Source of the DNA: an uncultured Chloroflexia bacterium
GTDB lineage: Bacteria > Chloroflexota > Limnocylindria > QHBO01
NCBI GenBank assembly: GCA_963825525.1
Contig: CAWGTN010000002.1
Location: forward strand, 320,001-384,000
Direction of reading: 5' to 3'
Length of the DNA stretch: 64,000 nt
Made by a program: the position numbers and the translations under genes. This document shows positions 63,540 to 64,000 of this stretch, in pieces; position 1 is the stretch's first letter, and every line of letters begins with the position of its first letter. The notes below the pieces were generated by a model, which ran no database searches, was not told the DNA's origin, and saw nothing but the letters and a program-made list of their open reading frames with translations.

Positions 63540-64000
63540 TTACCGAATCGGGACGTCGCGACCCTCCACCAAGGTCAGCTCCGAGCGCACTTCGGCGAGC
63601 GGGGCGCCCGCTTCGAGAAGCAAGTCCAGGCCGGTCGTCAGCACGGCGAGGTCGGCTCTCGCCCCGACGCGGAGATGGCCCTCGTCCCCCGCTCCCAGCG
63701 CAGATGCCGGCCCGAGCGTGTACGCCCCCAGGGCCTCGGAGAACCGCATGGCCTGGTCCGGACGCCAATCCCCGCGCGCATCTCCCGGGAAGGAGCGATG
63801 CACGGCGGCGTACAGACCGAGCCATGGGTTGACCGACTCCACGGGCGCGTCCGAGCCTGCGGCCAGAACGGTGCCGTGGTCCAGCACTCGCCGCCAGGCA
63901 TAGGCATCGTCCGCGCGATCTGCCCAGTGCTCCTCAACGAGGTCACGATCGGCCGCCGCATGGATCGGCTGGATGCTGGCCACGACCCCCAGCTGCGACA
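63540..64000 (-). CDS. YtcJ-like amidohydrolase, C-terminal part (5' end outside the window)
   Basis: ASIQPIH, AGSDAPV, EAL.AYT...A, G.L.VG.RADL.VL and TLVEG motifs. Confidence 0.88.
   Translation of the reverse strand, partial: SQLGVVASIQPIHAAADRDLVEEHWADRADDAYAWRRVLDHGTVLAAGSDAPVESVNPWLGLYAAVHRSFPGDARGDWRPDQAMRFSEALGAYTLGPASALGAGDEGHLRVGARADLAVLTTGLDLLLEAGAPLAEVRSELTLVEGRDVPIR

Overview
High-GC bacterial chromosomal window. Gene content and style suggest Chloroflexota, probably a Limnocylindria-like lineage (inference). Core and metabolic genes dominate: purine/ureide catabolism (cyclic amidohydrolase, DUF3830, uraH, uraD fusion, uricase), ruvC-ruvA, yebC, a second EF-G, tyrS, a class A PBP, thrS / infC-rpmI-rplT-pheST-cvpA-mpg-mutS2, paaABCD, a BcsA-like GT2 with PilZ, msrB, nfuA, ligD, pdxH, a GH2, ribokinase, copC and tRNA-Val(GAC). 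About seven genes carry indels, probably assembly errors. Two candidate peptide-signalling systems stand out, and their key parts are missing or mis-started in the ORF track. (1) At 25.1-28.7 kb, between thrS and infC: a multi-TM/GAF/GGDEF/EAL sensor, a DUF5317 membrane protein with signal-peptidase-II-like Asp motifs, a c-di-GMP-I riboswitch and two tandem micro-ORFs (29 and 33 aa) that both end in AG-x-R-W-x. This looks like a peptide-pheromone/c-di-GMP feedback loop. (2) At 48.4-50.1 kb: an RRNPP-like XRE-HTH/TPR regulator, a divergent 41-aa secreted pro-peptide, a duplicated operator-like motif and a candidate two-hairpin sRNA. Leaderless promoter architecture is widespread. All family assignments come from motif recognition by eye, without database searches.
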